Shown: positions 19,441 through 29,725, counted from the stretch's first letter. The stretch is DNA of 64,000 nt from an uncultured Clostridia bacterium (GCA_947383095.1 CANDBZ010000001.1:1671-65670); one strand, 5' to 3'. Program-made: numbers and translations. Notes: generated by a model not told the origin, from the sequence alone.

Positions 19441-19815
19441 TTATTTCTTGGGACGTTTCGCGCCGTACTTGGATCTCGCCTGACCGCGTTTTGCAACGCC
19501 AGCAGTATCGAGAGCTCCGCGTATGATATGGTAACGCACGCCCGGAAGGTCTTTCACACGGCCGCCGCGAATAAGTACGACGCTGTGCTCTTGCAGATTG
19601 TGTCCTTCGCCGGGGATATAGACCGTACCCTCCATCCCGTTGACCAATCTGACTCTTGCGATCTTACGCAATGCAGAGTTCGGCTTCTTGGGGGACGTTG
19701 TGGTGACGCTCAAGCAAATGCCGCGCTTTTGCGGGCACTGCTCCATGATAGGCGTAAGAGATTTCTTTACCTGCTTTTCTCTACCTTTCCTTATCAACTG
19801 ATTGATGGTTGGCAT
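19441..19815 (-). CDS. rpsL: 30S ribosomal protein S12
   Basis: [14 protein letters not shown]...[10 protein letters not shown]. The ATG at 19815 follows AGGAGG; the ORF-track start at 19854 is upstream of the RBS. Confidence 0.98.
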   Translation of the reverse strand: MPTINQLIRKGREKQVKKSLTPIMEQCPQKRGICLSVTTTSPKKPNSALRKIARVRLVNGMEGTVYIPGEGHNLQEHSVVLIRGGRVKDLPGVRYHIIRGALDTAGVAKRGQARSKYGAKRPKK

Positions 19816-19856
19816 CTTGTTTCCTCCTATGATATTTTTCGAACGTACCCGCAACC

Positions 19857-20141
19857 CTACGGTGCAGTTCTATCTATCGCTTCCTCGCAGACGAGTCCGA
19901 CTACCGCCGCGCCCACCTCGATACCCGCGGCTTCGCCGAGGCGGCGCTTTGACGGCGCTCTCTCGACCTTCACCCCGCGCTCCTCGGCGGCGGCAAGCAG
20001 TTTCTTCTTCAACTGCGCATCGGCATCCGCCGCAACTATCACACACCTGACAGTTCCGTCGGATATGCCCTTCAAAACCTGTTTGGAACCGACAACTTTT
20101 GAAGAGCGGTATAGCGTTTGTGTAAGTTTTTCTCTTTCCAT
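19857..20141 (-). CDS. ribosomal L7Ae-family protein (YbxF/RplGB-like)
   Basis: 94 aa from the ATG at 20141. [27 protein letters not shown] and [15 protein letters not shown] match the L7Ae/L30e fold pattern. Classic Firmicute position immediately upstream of rpsL. Confidence 0.8.
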   Translation of the reverse strand: MEREKLTQTLYRSSKVVGSKQVLKGISDGTVRCVIVAADADAQLKKKLLAAAEERGVKVERAPSKRRLGEAAGIEVGAAVVGLVCEEAIDRTAP

Positions 20142-20188
20142 ATTTTTTTGCAAAGTTAAAAACTGCTCACGTTCTCGCAAGCTACTAC

Positions 20189-20217
20189 ATCTTAACAATT
20201 CCGCAAAGCAATGTCAA
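20189..20217 (-). promoter_or_regulatory. sigma-A promoter of the L7Ae-rpsL-rpsG-fusA-tuf operon
   Basis: On the minus strand: TTGACA (20212-20217), 17-nt spacer, TAAGAT (20189-20194), preceded by a very AT-rich UP-like tract (20220-20270). Confidence 0.6.
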
Positions 20218-20312
20218 ACAATTACGATAAAGTTTTCAAAAAAATTTATATATAATATAATAGATACAAAATATAGTGTCAGACGCGCCGGATGTCCACT
20301 ATACAGCGCGCT

Positions 20313-21341
20313 TCAGCACAGCGGCACAGTGGCTTTCGCGTCCAGACTCAAGTCGCTTTCCTGCGCGCCGCTTCTTATCGCGAAATACGCCGCCGCTCCG
20401 ATCATAGCGGCGTTGTCCGTGCAATATACAAGCTTGGGATAATGCACCTCGCAGCCTCTCGCCGCAAATTCGTCAAGCCGCTTGCGCAATTCCTCGTTGG
20501 CGCTCACGCCGCCCGCTATCGCAAGCTTTTTGATCCCCGTCGCATCGGACGCAAGCGCAAGTCCGTGCGCTATCTGCTCCACAGCGGCGCTTTGAAAGCT
20601 CGCCGCGATATCGCAGACGGGAATTTCCTCGCCCCTTTGCGCCATGCCGTGCACCAGATTTATCACATACGTTTTGAGACCGCTGTAGCTGAAATACAGG
20701 TCATCTAACGAGGCGGATTTGGGTATAGGCATATCGAATGCGGCCTTGCCGTCCCGCGCTTTTTCCTGTATTTCGGGGCCTCCCGGATAAGGTAGCCCCA
20801 GCACTCTCGCGACCTTGTCAAAAGCCTCGCCCGCGGCGTCGTCGCGGCTTTGCGCGAGCAGCTTTATATGCTCGTAATCCTCCACCTTGACAATGGCGGT
20901 ATGACCTCCGCTTGCAAGCAAACAAAGATACGGGGGCTCGAGCGCGCTGTCGATATAATTCGCCGCGATATGCCCTTTTATATGCGAGACCGCAAACAGC
21001 GGCTTATGCCAGGCGTACGCCAAAGCCTTTGCAAAATTTACGCCCACAAGCAACGCGCCGAGCAGTCCTGCGCCGTAGGTGACGGCGACCGCGTCGATAT
21101 CCTCGCGCGTCACGCCCGCCCTTTCCATCGCCTCGCGCACGACGTTTTCAATAGCGAGCGTATGGTTACGGCTTGCGATCTCGGGCACGACGCCGCCGAA
21201 GCGCCGATGTATTTCTATCTGCGTTGCGATAACGTTAGAAAGGACGGTGCGACCGTCCCTCACTATCGCGCAAGCCGTCTCGTCGCAGCTCGACTCTATG
21301 GCGAGTATAGTTATACTTGATTTTTGTTGCAAGCCTTTCAT
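20313..21341 (-). CDS. tsaD: tRNA N6-adenosine threonylcarbamoyltransferase
   Basis: ILAIESSCDETACAIV N-terminus and HIKGHI metal-binding motif. The ORF-track start at 21347 is a TTG; the ATG at 21341 is more likely. Confidence 0.93.
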   Translation of the reverse strand: MKGLQQKSSITILAIESSCDETACAIVRDGRTVLSNVIATQIEIHRRFGGVVPEIASRNHTLAIENVVREAMERAGVTREDIDAVAVTYGAGLLGALLVGVNFAKALAYAWHKPLFAVSHIKGHIAANYIDSALEPPYLCLLASGGHTAIVKVEDYEHIKLLAQSRDDAAGEAFDKVARVLGLPYPGGPEIQEKARDGKAAFDMPIPKSASLDDLYFSYSGLKTYVINLVHGMAQRGEEIPVCDIAASFQSAAVEQIAHGLALASDATGIKKLAIAGGVSANEELRKRLDEFAARGCEVHYPKLVYCTDNAAMIGAAAYFAIRSGAQESDLSLDAKATVPLC

Positions 21342-21357
21342 TGGCAATACTTCCGCT

Positions 21358-22467
21358 TCACTTTTGTATGGAGCTCAACTTAAGATATTCGTTCACAAAG
21401 CCCTCAAGCTCGCCGTCCATGACGGATTGAACGTTGCCCGTCTCGTAGCCCGTGCGGTGATCCTTCACCATCGTGTAGGGGCAGAATACATAGCTTCTTA
21501 TCTGACTTCCCCATTCGATTTTCTTGAGCTGTCCGCTTATCGCCGCCGCTTCCTCCTCGCGCTCGCGCTCGCGCTTTTCAATGAGCTTCGAGCGGAGCAT
21601 CTGCATGGCGACCTCCCTGTTTTGTATCTGACTGCGCTCGTTCTGGCATGCCACGATAATGCCCGTGGGTATATGCGTGATGCGTATCGCGCTTTCCGTC
21701 TTGTTGACGTGCTGTCCTCCCGCACCGCTGCTGCGGTACGTGTCCACCTTAAGATCCTCCGGGCGAATTTCTATCTCCGAAGTATCTATTATCTCCGGCA
21801 TGACCTCGAGAGAAGCAAACGAGGTATGCCGTCTCGCGTTGGCGTCAAAGGGAGAGATACGCACCAATCTGTGCACGCCCTTTTCCGCCTTGAGATAGCC
21901 GTAGGCATTGTCGCCCTCCACACGGAACGTGACGCTCTTGAGCCCCGCCTCGTCGCCCGCAAGACAATCGAGCTCCGTGCACGTCCAACCCTCTCTCTCT
22001 ACGTAGCGCGTATACATTCTGTACAGCATGGAGCACCAATCCTGTGCCTCCGTACCGCCCGCGCCCGCATGCAACGTCAGGATCGCGTTCAGCGCGTCGT
22101 ATTTGCCGGACAGCAACGTCGCAAGCGACAGATTTTCCACCTGTCCCTGCAAGTCGTTAACGGACTCGATAAGCGCGTTGTCCTCGTCCTCGCTTGCCTC
22201 GAGCTCGACGATATCCACCATATCGAATACGTCGTCTATCTTTGCAAGCATACGCTCAAATTTTTCTATCTTGCTTTGCAGCTGGCTTATTTCCTTTGAA
22301 ACCTTTTTAGCGTTTTCCGCGTCCTCCCAAAAGCCATCTCCGCTTTGAATGACCTCGAGCTCCGCGATACGCGCCTTGAGCTTGGGCGGATTGATGCTCT
22401 CGAACGCGCGCGTCATTTCGGCGCGCATATCCTTAAGCTTATTTCTTATCTCGTTATAATCTATCAT
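21358..22467 (-). CDS. prfB: peptide chain release factor 2 (single continuous frame, no programmed +1 frameshift)
   Basis: 369 aa with the SPF tripeptide (RISPFDANARRHTSFA) and the GGQ motif (SGAGGQHVNKTESAIRITH). The N-terminal ~30 codons are in frame with the rest of the gene. Confidence 0.95.
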   Translation of the reverse strand: MIDYNEIRNKLKDMRAEMTRAFESINPPKLKARIAELEVIQSGDGFWEDAENAKKVSKEISQLQSKIEKFERMLAKIDDVFDMVDIVELEASEDEDNALIESVNDLQGQVENLSLATLLSGKYDALNAILTLHAGAGGTEAQDWCSMLYRMYTRYVEREGWTCTELDCLAGDEAGLKSVTFRVEGDNAYGYLKAEKGVHRLVRISPFDANARRHTSFASLEVMPEIIDTSEIEIRPEDLKVDTYRSSGAGGQHVNKTESAIRITHIPTGIIVACQNERSQIQNREVAMQMLRSKLIEKREREREEEAAAISGQLKKIEWGSQIRSYVFCPYTMVKDHRTGYETGNVQSVMDGELEGFVNEYLKLSSIQK

Positions 22468-22550
22468 ATTTCACCTATTGCCGTTGCAAATTGCAATTTG
22501 CAAAATCGTTTGTTTATTTATCTATTTTGATATAATAAACCTCGGTTTCG

Positions 22551-25211
22551 TCATTGGTTCTTGCCGCAGCAATTCTTGTATTTCAATCCCGAACCGCAGG
22601 GACACGGGTCGTTTCTTCCCACTTTACCCTTGCTTGTCGCCGCGCTTTTCTTTGCCGCGGCGATCTGTTGATTGAGCTTTGCGCTACCGTCGTCGCGCTT
22701 TTCCACCTGTACCTTAAGCAGCAGGGACGCCGTCTCGGTATGGATGCGGTTGACCATATCTTCAAACATCTCCCACCCCTCCTGACGGTAAGCGATAACG
22801 GGGTCGCGCTGACCGTAGCCGCGCAAGCCTATGCCGCGCCTCAATGCGTCCATAGCGTCGATATGGTCCATCCATTTGGAGTCGACCGTCCTCAAAAGCA
22901 CGACGCGCTCTATCTCGCCGAAGTCGATGCCGTCCTTTTTCAACTGCTCGTACTTCGCGTTGTAATCGTCAAGCGCGATCTTCATGACGACCTCTTTAAG
23001 CTTATACACGTCAAAGCAGGAGCACAGGTCGGCATTCATGACGTTGCTGCCCTTGGGAAGCATTTTGTTTTCCAGCGCGGCGTTAAACGCGTCGTAGTCC
23101 CAAGTATTGTAATCGGTTTTATAATCCGCATAAGACCCTATTATGTCTTCCGCGAGGTCGTCGATCATATCGAGAATTTGGTCATGCACGTCCAATCCGT
23201 CAAGCACCTTTCCGCGCTCTTTGTAGATTATCTCGCGCTGCGCGTTCATCACGTCGTCGTAGCTCAAAACCTGCTTTCTTATGGAGAAGTTTCTGCTTTC
23301 CACCATGCGCTGCGCGCGCTCTATCTGCTTCGTGATAATGCCGTTTGATATAGGCGTATCGTCGTCGAAATGCATCGCCTCCGCAACGGATTTCATTCTG
23401 TCGCCCCCGAAGATCCTCGCGACGTCGTCTTCCATAGAGATATAAAATACGGTGCTGCCGGGGTCGCCCTGACGTCCTGCGCGGCCGCGAAGCTGATTGT
23501 CTATACGCCTGCTTTCATGCCTCTCCGTGCCGATGATACGCAAGCCGCCGACCGCGATGACCTTTTCCTTTTCCTCGTCGCAACGTTCCTTAAACGCCTC
23601 GAAATGGTGTCTGTATACCTCTTTCGCCTTGATTATCTCCTCATCCTCGCTTTGGTGAGGCGAGCTGGCAAGCTCTATTACTTCAAGAGTATAGCCGTCC
23701 TTTTCCATCTTCTGTTTGGCTTGGAAATCCGGGTTGCCGCCGAGCATGATATCCGTGCCGCGTCCCGCCATATTGGTGGCGATGGTCACCGCGCCGTACC
23801 TGCCCGCCTGCGCTATTATCTCCGATTCCTGTTTATGGAACTTGGCGTTGAGCACGCTGTGCGCGATACCCTTGCGCTTGAGAATACCGCTCAATTCCTC
23901 GGACTTCTCGACGCTTATCGTGCCGACAAGCACGGGCTGCCCCTTGGCATGGCTGTCGATGATGTCCTGCACTATCGCCGTAAGCTTGCCGCTTACCTTG
24001 GTGTATATCTGGTCATGCTCGTCCTTTCTTTGAGATGGCTTGTTTGGAGGGATCGTCACCACGTCCAGCGAATATATTCCCTTAAACTCGTCCTCTTCGG
24101 TCTTCGCCGTGCCCGTCATGCCGCTCAACTTTGAATACATACGGAAGAAATTTTGGAAGGTTATGGTCGCAAGCGTTTTGTTTTCACTGCGAATTACGAC
24201 ATTCTCCTTCGCCTCTATTGCTTGATGCAAGCCCTCGTTATAGCGACGGCCCACCATGATACGTCCCGTAAATTCGTCGACGATAAGCACCTCGCCGTCG
24301 TTGACGATATAGTCCTTATCCTTTTTCATCATGAAATGAGCCTTGAGCGCCTGCTGTATGTGATGATAAAGGTCGGTGTTGTCGATATCCGTGAGGTTTG
24401 TCACATGGAAAAATTTCTCCGCCTTGGCAACGCCGTCGTCGGTGAGCATGATCGCCTTTTCCTTTTCCTCTATTGTAAAATCCTCGCCTTCCCTGCACTG
24501 CTTCGCGAAATTATTTGCGCTCTTGTACATCTCGCTGGATTTACCGCCTCTGCCGGATATGATAAGCGGCGTACGAGCCTCGTCTATCAAAATCGAGTCC
24601 ACCTCGTCGATTATGGCGAAATGCAATTCTCTTTGCACTTTTTCCGCCTTGCGCACGACCATATTGTCTCGCAAAAAATCAAAGCCCAGCTCGTTATTGG
24701 TGCAATACGTGATATCGCTGCCGTATGCGGCTCTCTTCTGCTCCGCCGTCATTCCCGGGACGACCACGCCGACGGAAAGACCCAAAAACTTAAACAGCTT
24801 GCCCATCCACGCCGCGTCGCGAGTGGCGAGATAGTCGTTGACGGTGACGACATGCACGCCCTTGCCCGCAAGCGCGTTCAGATATGCGGGGAGAGTCGCG
24901 ACGAGCGTCTTGCCCTCGCCTGTCGCCATCTCCGCGATCCTGCCCTGATGCAATGCTATACCGCCTATGATCTGCACATAGAAATGACGCATGCCCAGCA
25001 CTCTGTCTCCCGCCTCGCGCACGACCGCGTACGCGTCCGGCAGTATATCCTCAAGAGTCTCGCCGTTTGCGAGTCTTGACTTAAGCTTATCCGTCTGCGC
25101 GATCAGCCTCTCGTCGGGCATCGCTTTATAAACGGGCGCAAGAGCCTCAACCTTATCGGCGATTTTCTTGAGCTTTTTTACCTGTCTGTCGTTGTCGTTG
25201 AAAAGTGACAT
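22551..25211 (-). CDS. secA: preprotein translocase ATPase SecA
   Basis: 886 aa. Walker A MATGEGKTLVATLP, a DEAD-like DEVDSILIDEARTPLIISG motif, and the C-terminal zinc motif CPCGSGLKYKNCCG. Confidence 0.99.
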   Translation of the reverse strand: MSLFNDNDRQVKKLKKIADKVEALAPVYKAMPDERLIAQTDKLKSRLANGETLEDILPDAYAVVREAGDRVLGMRHFYVQIIGGIALHQGRIAEMATGEGKTLVATLPAYLNALAGKGVHVVTVNDYLATRDAAWMGKLFKFLGLSVGVVVPGMTAEQKRAAYGSDITYCTNNELGFDFLRDNMVVRKAEKVQRELHFAIIDEVDSILIDEARTPLIISGRGGKSSEMYKSANNFAKQCREGEDFTIEEKEKAIMLTDDGVAKAEKFFHVTNLTDIDNTDLYHHIQQALKAHFMMKKDKDYIVNDGEVLIVDEFTGRIMVGRRYNEGLHQAIEAKENVVIRSENKTLATITFQNFFRMYSKLSGMTGTAKTEEDEFKGIYSLDVVTIPPNKPSQRKDEHDQIYTKVSGKLTAIVQDIIDSHAKGQPVLVGTISVEKSEELSGILKRKGIAHSVLNAKFHKQESEIIAQAGRYGAVTIATNMAGRGTDIMLGGNPDFQAKQKMEKDGYTLEVIELASSPHQSEDEEIIKAKEVYRHHFEAFKERCDEEKEKVIAVGGLRIIGTERHESRRIDNQLRGRAGRQGDPGSTVFYISMEDDVARIFGGDRMKSVAEAMHFDDDTPISNGIITKQIERAQRMVESRNFSIRKQVLSYDDVMNAQREIIYKERGKVLDGLDVHDQILDMIDDLAEDIIGSYADYKTDYNTWDYDAFNAALENKMLPKGSNVMNADLCSCFDVYKLKEVVMKIALDDYNAKYEQLKKDGIDFGEIERVVLLRTVDSKWMDHIDAMDALRRGIGLRGYGQRDPVIAYRQEGWEMFEDMVNRIHTETASLLLKVQVEKRDDGSAKLNQQIAAAKKSAATSKGKVGRNDPCPCGSGLKYKNCCGKNQ

Positions 25212-25315
25212 ATTCGTCCTCCGCGCGCTATGCGCGCATTATTTTGATATAGACATATCAATAGTTTATTTTATACTAAAACATCCGCGTTTACAAGGAT
25301 TTCACGCCGATTATT

Positions 25316-26248
25316 CTATATAGCCGTTTTGCCGTCGTTGCTCTCAACGGGTATTTTACGCTTTGTCACAGCGGCAGTCAGCACGCACACCTCGCGCGCG
25401 CCCGCTTTTATAAGCGCCTCCGCGCATGCGTTTGCCGTAGCGCCCGTTGTGAATACGTCGTCGATAAGCAAGACCTTGCGCCCTTTCACCTGGATGTACG
25501 TGCAAGTAAACGCGTCCTTGAGATTCTGCGCCCTCTCTTTGCCCGTAAGCTTCTTTTGCGAAGCGGTATCCTTGGTCTTCACAAGAGCGGGAAGAAGCGG
25601 CAGCTTCAACCTGTCCGCTATTTCGTTTGCAAGCAATTCAGATTGATTGTATCCTCGGCTTTTCTCCTCCGCATGCGTCATCGGCACGATGGCGGCGATT
25701 TCCGCGTGCATTCCGCGTTTAAGATATTCGTCCGCCATCATTGCGCCCAACGTCTGCGCGATATACTTTTTGCCTCCGAATTTGAACTTGTGGATGAGCT
25801 CTCTCGCTTTGCCGTCGTACACAAGCGGCGATCGGTTTTTTAAGAACGCGCTCTCCTCGTATTGGCACCTGATGCAATAGTCCGCCTCGTCCGTAATGGG
25901 AGCGCCGCAAACAAGGCATACGTGCTCGCCCACCCTCGGCAGCTGCTCCGTACATTCCGCGCAAAGCCTGTATCGCGTTTGCGCCGTCAGCTCTTCTCCG
26001 CAAACGTCGCAGGTTATATCGGGCGGGAAAAGCGCGTCTCTGAAAGCCCTTGCAGCTTTGCCCAACGCAAGCTTTAAACGTTCCGCAAATCTCTTGAGCC
26101 TGTCGCGGTTCTTATTCTTCGATTGGTCGCGGCCATTCCTCTCCTGTTTTTCCTCGCGTCCTTCGCAAACGTCGGCTTCGTCGCCGCCGTATGAAAACGC
26201 TTCGTCGCCGTCAAATCCGCCGAAGCTCTCGTCCTTGCCGTCAGACAT
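25316..26248 (-). CDS. comFC: ComF family protein (ComFC-type phosphoribosyltransferase) with acidic/basic N-terminal extension
   Basis: Four-Cys zinc-finger region (CDVCGEEL...CAEC, CLVCGAPI...CIRC) and the PRTase motif VLLIDDVFTTGAT. The ATG at 26248 follows GGGGAGG and overlaps the recD2 stop by 8 nt. Confidence 0.85.
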   Translation of the reverse strand: MSDGKDESFGGFDGDEAFSYGGDEADVCEGREEKQERNGRDQSKNKNRDRLKRFAERLKLALGKAARAFRDALFPPDITCDVCGEELTAQTRYRLCAECTEQLPRVGEHVCLVCGAPITDEADYCIRCQYEESAFLKNRSPLVYDGKARELIHKFKFGGKKYIAQTLGAMMADEYLKRGMHAEIAAIVPMTHAEEKSRGYNQSELLANEIADRLKLPLLPALVKTKDTASQKKLTGKERAQNLKDAFTCTYIQVKGRKVLLIDDVFTTGATANACAEALIKAGAREVCVLTAAVTKRKIPVESNDGKTAI

Positions 26249-28463
26249 CGTAAAAGCCTCCCCTGATTTCCTGCTCTATAAGATTGATGAGCAAAGAATA
26301 TCTGCGCGCAGTCTCGTTGTTGCGCACCATACGCTGCACGCATTTTTTGGAGCCGGAAATCACCACCATCTTCTTTGCGCGCGTGACGGCGGTATAAAGC
26401 AAATTCCTCGTTTGCAGCATATAGTTGGCGTCAAGCGCGATGACGACCGCGTCGAACTCGCAGCCCTGCGATTTGTGAATGGTCACGGCGTATGCAAGCG
26501 AAAGCTGCTCCGTATCGCTGAATTGATAAATCGCCACTTTATCGTCGTCAAAACGCACGGTAAACTGCATTATTTGCGTATTTATCTCCGTTATTATGCC
26601 TATATCGCCGTTGTATACGCCCGTGCCGCGCTCGACCTTATATCCGTTTGTCTGCGACCAATCTCGCTGATAATCGTTTTGCATCTGCATGACCTTGTCG
26701 CCCTCGCGAAACACGCTGTCGCCGTATCTGAACTCTTTTTTTGCGGCAGAAGGCGGGTTTACGACCCTTTGCAGCTCTCGGTTGAGATTTATAGTGCCCG
26801 CAAGACTGCGCTTCATAGGGCACAGCACCTGTATGTCCTGCGGCTTCATGCCCAGATACTTGGGCAGTCTTTTCGTCACGAGCGCGATCGTGCTTGCGCA
26901 AATAGCCTCCGCATTATCCCGCTCTTCAAAAAAGAAATCGTCGCTCTTATTGTCGAGGTCCGGCATCTCGCCGTTGTTTATCTTGTGCGCGTTAGGCACG
27001 ATTTTGCTGCTTTCAGACTGCCGGTATATTTGCGTGAGATAGCTCACGGGAAATCTGCCGCACTTTATCAAATCGTTGAGCACGTTCCCCGCTCCGACGG
27101 ATGCAAGCTGGTCCTTGTCGCCCACAAGCACGAGTCGCGTGCCGCGCTCGAGCGCGTTGAGCATAGCGTTGAAAACGTATTCGTCCACCATACTCACTTC
27201 GTCCACTATCACGGCGTCGAGGTCAAGGCGCGTGTTTTCGTTGTAGGAGAAGTGCCCCTCGCCGTTTTTCCAATCTAGGTCGAGCATACGGTGTATTGTC
27301 TTGGCTTCCTCTCCCGTAGCCTGCGAAAGCCTTTTCGCCGCCCTTCCGGTAGGCGCGCACAGCGCAACCTTTTGCCCGAGGTTTTTAAACAAATTCAAAA
27401 TACACTTGACTATCGTCGTCTTCCCCGTCCCTGGACCGCCCGTTACGATCTGCACGCCGTTTTCTATGGCGGCTTTGACGGCTTGCGCCTGATTGGGATG
27501 CAATTCAAAGCCTGCAAATTGCTCAAATCTGCGCACTTCGCCATCTACGTCCACTCTGAAATCGGCGGCTTCCTGCTGTATTGTGAGCAGCTTTCTTGCG
27601 ATATTTCTTTCTATATTGAAATTTTTCTTCAACAATATCGCAACGTGCTCGCCCGTATCGTAGCGCACAAGCTCGCCGAGCATGATAAGATCCTCTATAT
27701 TGTCGTGCACGCGCTCTTGCGCGTTGTCCGTTTCAAGGCACAGCAGCTCAAGCGCGCCGGACATTAGCTCGTTCTCGGGCAGATAATTGTGTCCGGAGCG
27801 AGTCGCCGCTTCTTTTAAGAGGTATATCAGCGCAGCGCTTATACGATAATCGCTGTCGCGCTTTATTCCGAGCTCCGCTGCGATCCTGTCCGCAGTGGCG
27901 AACCCGACGCCGTCTATGTCGTCGACGAGCATATAAGGATTTTTGCGCACGTTGTCCTCGGTTTTCACCTCGTAAACCTTATAAATTTTGAGCGCAAGAT
28001 TTATCGTTATCCCGAGCTTTTGCAAAAACATAATAGCGTCCTGCATCTTTTGGAGCTGCGCGTAATTCATGCAAAATTCCGTCGCTCTTTTCAGCGAAAC
28101 GCCCTTTACCTTTGCGATTTCGACGGGATATTTCATCATTTCCAAGGAATCGACGCCGTATTTGGCGACGATCGCCTCCGCCGTGGCGGGACCCATGCCG
28201 TGTATGAGCCCGCTCGACAAAAACTTCACTATTCCCGTAAGCTTGGACGGTTGACTTATAACAACCTTTTCCGCCGAAAATTGCGGACCGTATTGCGATT
28301 TCATGGAAAACTTGCCCTCGACCGAGATGTTTTGCCCCTCGCTGACGGGCGGGAAAATTCCCACCACGGTGAAAACGCTCTCCTCGCACTTTACGTCGAG
28401 GACGGTATATCCCGTATCGGGACTTGAAAAGATAACCTTCAAAATTTCACCGTTCAGTTCCAC
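26241..28463 (-). CDS. recD2: SF1B ATP-dependent RecD-like DNA helicase (RecD2/YrrC type)
   Basis: 740 aa. Walker A VTGGPGTGKTT, VIVDEVSMVD, and C-terminal AVTIHKSQGCEF/YTAVTRAK motifs. GTG start at 28463. Confidence 0.9.
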   Translation of the reverse strand: MELNGEILKVIFSSPDTGYTVLDVKCEESVFTVVGIFPPVSEGQNISVEGKFSMKSQYGPQFSAEKVVISQPSKLTGIVKFLSSGLIHGMGPATAEAIVAKYGVDSLEMMKYPVEIAKVKGVSLKRATEFCMNYAQLQKMQDAIMFLQKLGITINLALKIYKVYEVKTEDNVRKNPYMLVDDIDGVGFATADRIAAELGIKRDSDYRISAALIYLLKEAATRSGHNYLPENELMSGALELLCLETDNAQERVHDNIEDLIMLGELVRYDTGEHVAILLKKNFNIERNIARKLLTIQQEAADFRVDVDGEVRRFEQFAGFELHPNQAQAVKAAIENGVQIVTGGPGTGKTTIVKCILNLFKNLGQKVALCAPTGRAAKRLSQATGEEAKTIHRMLDLDWKNGEGHFSYNENTRLDLDAVIVDEVSMVDEYVFNAMLNALERGTRLVLVGDKDQLASVGAGNVLNDLIKCGRFPVSYLTQIYRQSESSKIVPNAHKINNGEMPDLDNKSDDFFFEERDNAEAICASTIALVTKRLPKYLGMKPQDIQVLCPMKRSLAGTINLNRELQRVVNPPSAAKKEFRYGDSVFREGDKVMQMQNDYQRDWSQTNGYKVERGTGVYNGDIGIITEINTQIMQFTVRFDDDKVAIYQFSDTEQLSLAYAVTIHKSQGCEFDAVVIALDANYMLQTRNLLYTAVTRAKKMVVISGSKKCVQRMVRNNETARRYSLLINLIEQEIRGGFYDV

Positions 28464-28541
28464 AAACCACCTTTTTTAGCAGCAATTTTTCCGATTATAC
28501 AAAAAAACGACAGGCTAATCCCATCGTTTTTTCATCCGTAC

Positions 28542-29725
28542 TCAAAAATTGTATTTTTTCAAAGCTTCCTTTATTCTGTCGACACTGTCCGTCTCTTCCC
28601 AGCTAAAGCCGGCCCTGCCGAAGTGCCCGTAGTTGGACGTCGCGCGATAAATGGGACGGTCAAGCGAAAGCTTTTTTATGATCGCCTTCGGTCTCAAGTC
28701 AAAGACTTCGTTCACTATTTTTGCAATGATGCGGTCGTCGACAACGCCTGTGCCGAAGGTATTGACGTATACCGAAACGGGATGCGCCATGCCTATGGCG
28801 TACGCAACCTGCAGCTCCGCCTTGCGGCATACGCCGGAAGCAACGAGATTTTTGCAGACATAGCGAGCCATATATGCCGCGCTTCTGTCAACCTTGGTCG
28901 GGTCCTTGCCGCTCAAAGCGCCGCCGCCGTGAGGACAAAAGCCGCCGTATGTGTCGACGATTATTTTCCTGCCCGTGACGCCGCTGTCGCCTGCGGGACC
29001 GCCGATGACAAATCTGCCAGTGGGATTGATATAAATTTTCGTATCGTCGTCAAGATATTCCTGCGGAATGGCGCGCATTATCACACGGTCGATGATCTCC
29101 TTTTCCACCGTTTCGATATCTACGTCGTCGCTGTGCTGGCAGCTCACCACGACGGTATCCACTCTTTCGGGAACTCCGTCGATATACTCTACCGTCACCT
29201 GCGATTTACCGTCGGGGCGCAGCCATTCGAGCTCGCCGCTCTTTCTTGCTTCCGTCAATCGCTCCGTAAGCGCATGCGCGAGCATTATGGGAAGAGGCAT
29301 AAGCTCCTCCGTCTCGTCGCACGCATAGCCGAACATCATACCCTGATCGCCTGCGCCGGTTCTGTCGAACTCGTCGGCGGAATCGGTATCAGTCGCGTCG
29401 TCCACGCCGAGCGCGATATCTGCGGACTGCTCCTTGATTGAGCTCAAGACCGCGCATGTTTTATAATCGAAGCCGAGCGAGCTGTCGTTATATCCCACAT
29501 CCTTTACGACGTCTCGCACGATAGCGGGAATGTCGGCGTAATGCTCCTCCGTGGAAACCTCGCCGAACACCAAGACCATGCCCGTCGTCGCGCACACCTC
29601 GATAGCGACTCTTGCGGAGGGGTCCCCCGCAAGAATATCGTCGAGTATGGCGTCCGCGATCTGGTCGCAAACCTTATCGGGATGTCCTTCCGTCACGCTT
29701 TCGGACGTAAACAATCTTTTGTCCA

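Noticed and set aside
28464-28541. Possible terminator plus promoter between metK and recD2 (A/T-rich stem aaaaaaacga/tcgtttttt, then TGTATAAT)
   Set aside because: The stem is almost entirely A-T with a 13-nt loop, and no acceptable -35 precedes the TATAAT. It cannot be distinguished from read-through spacer.
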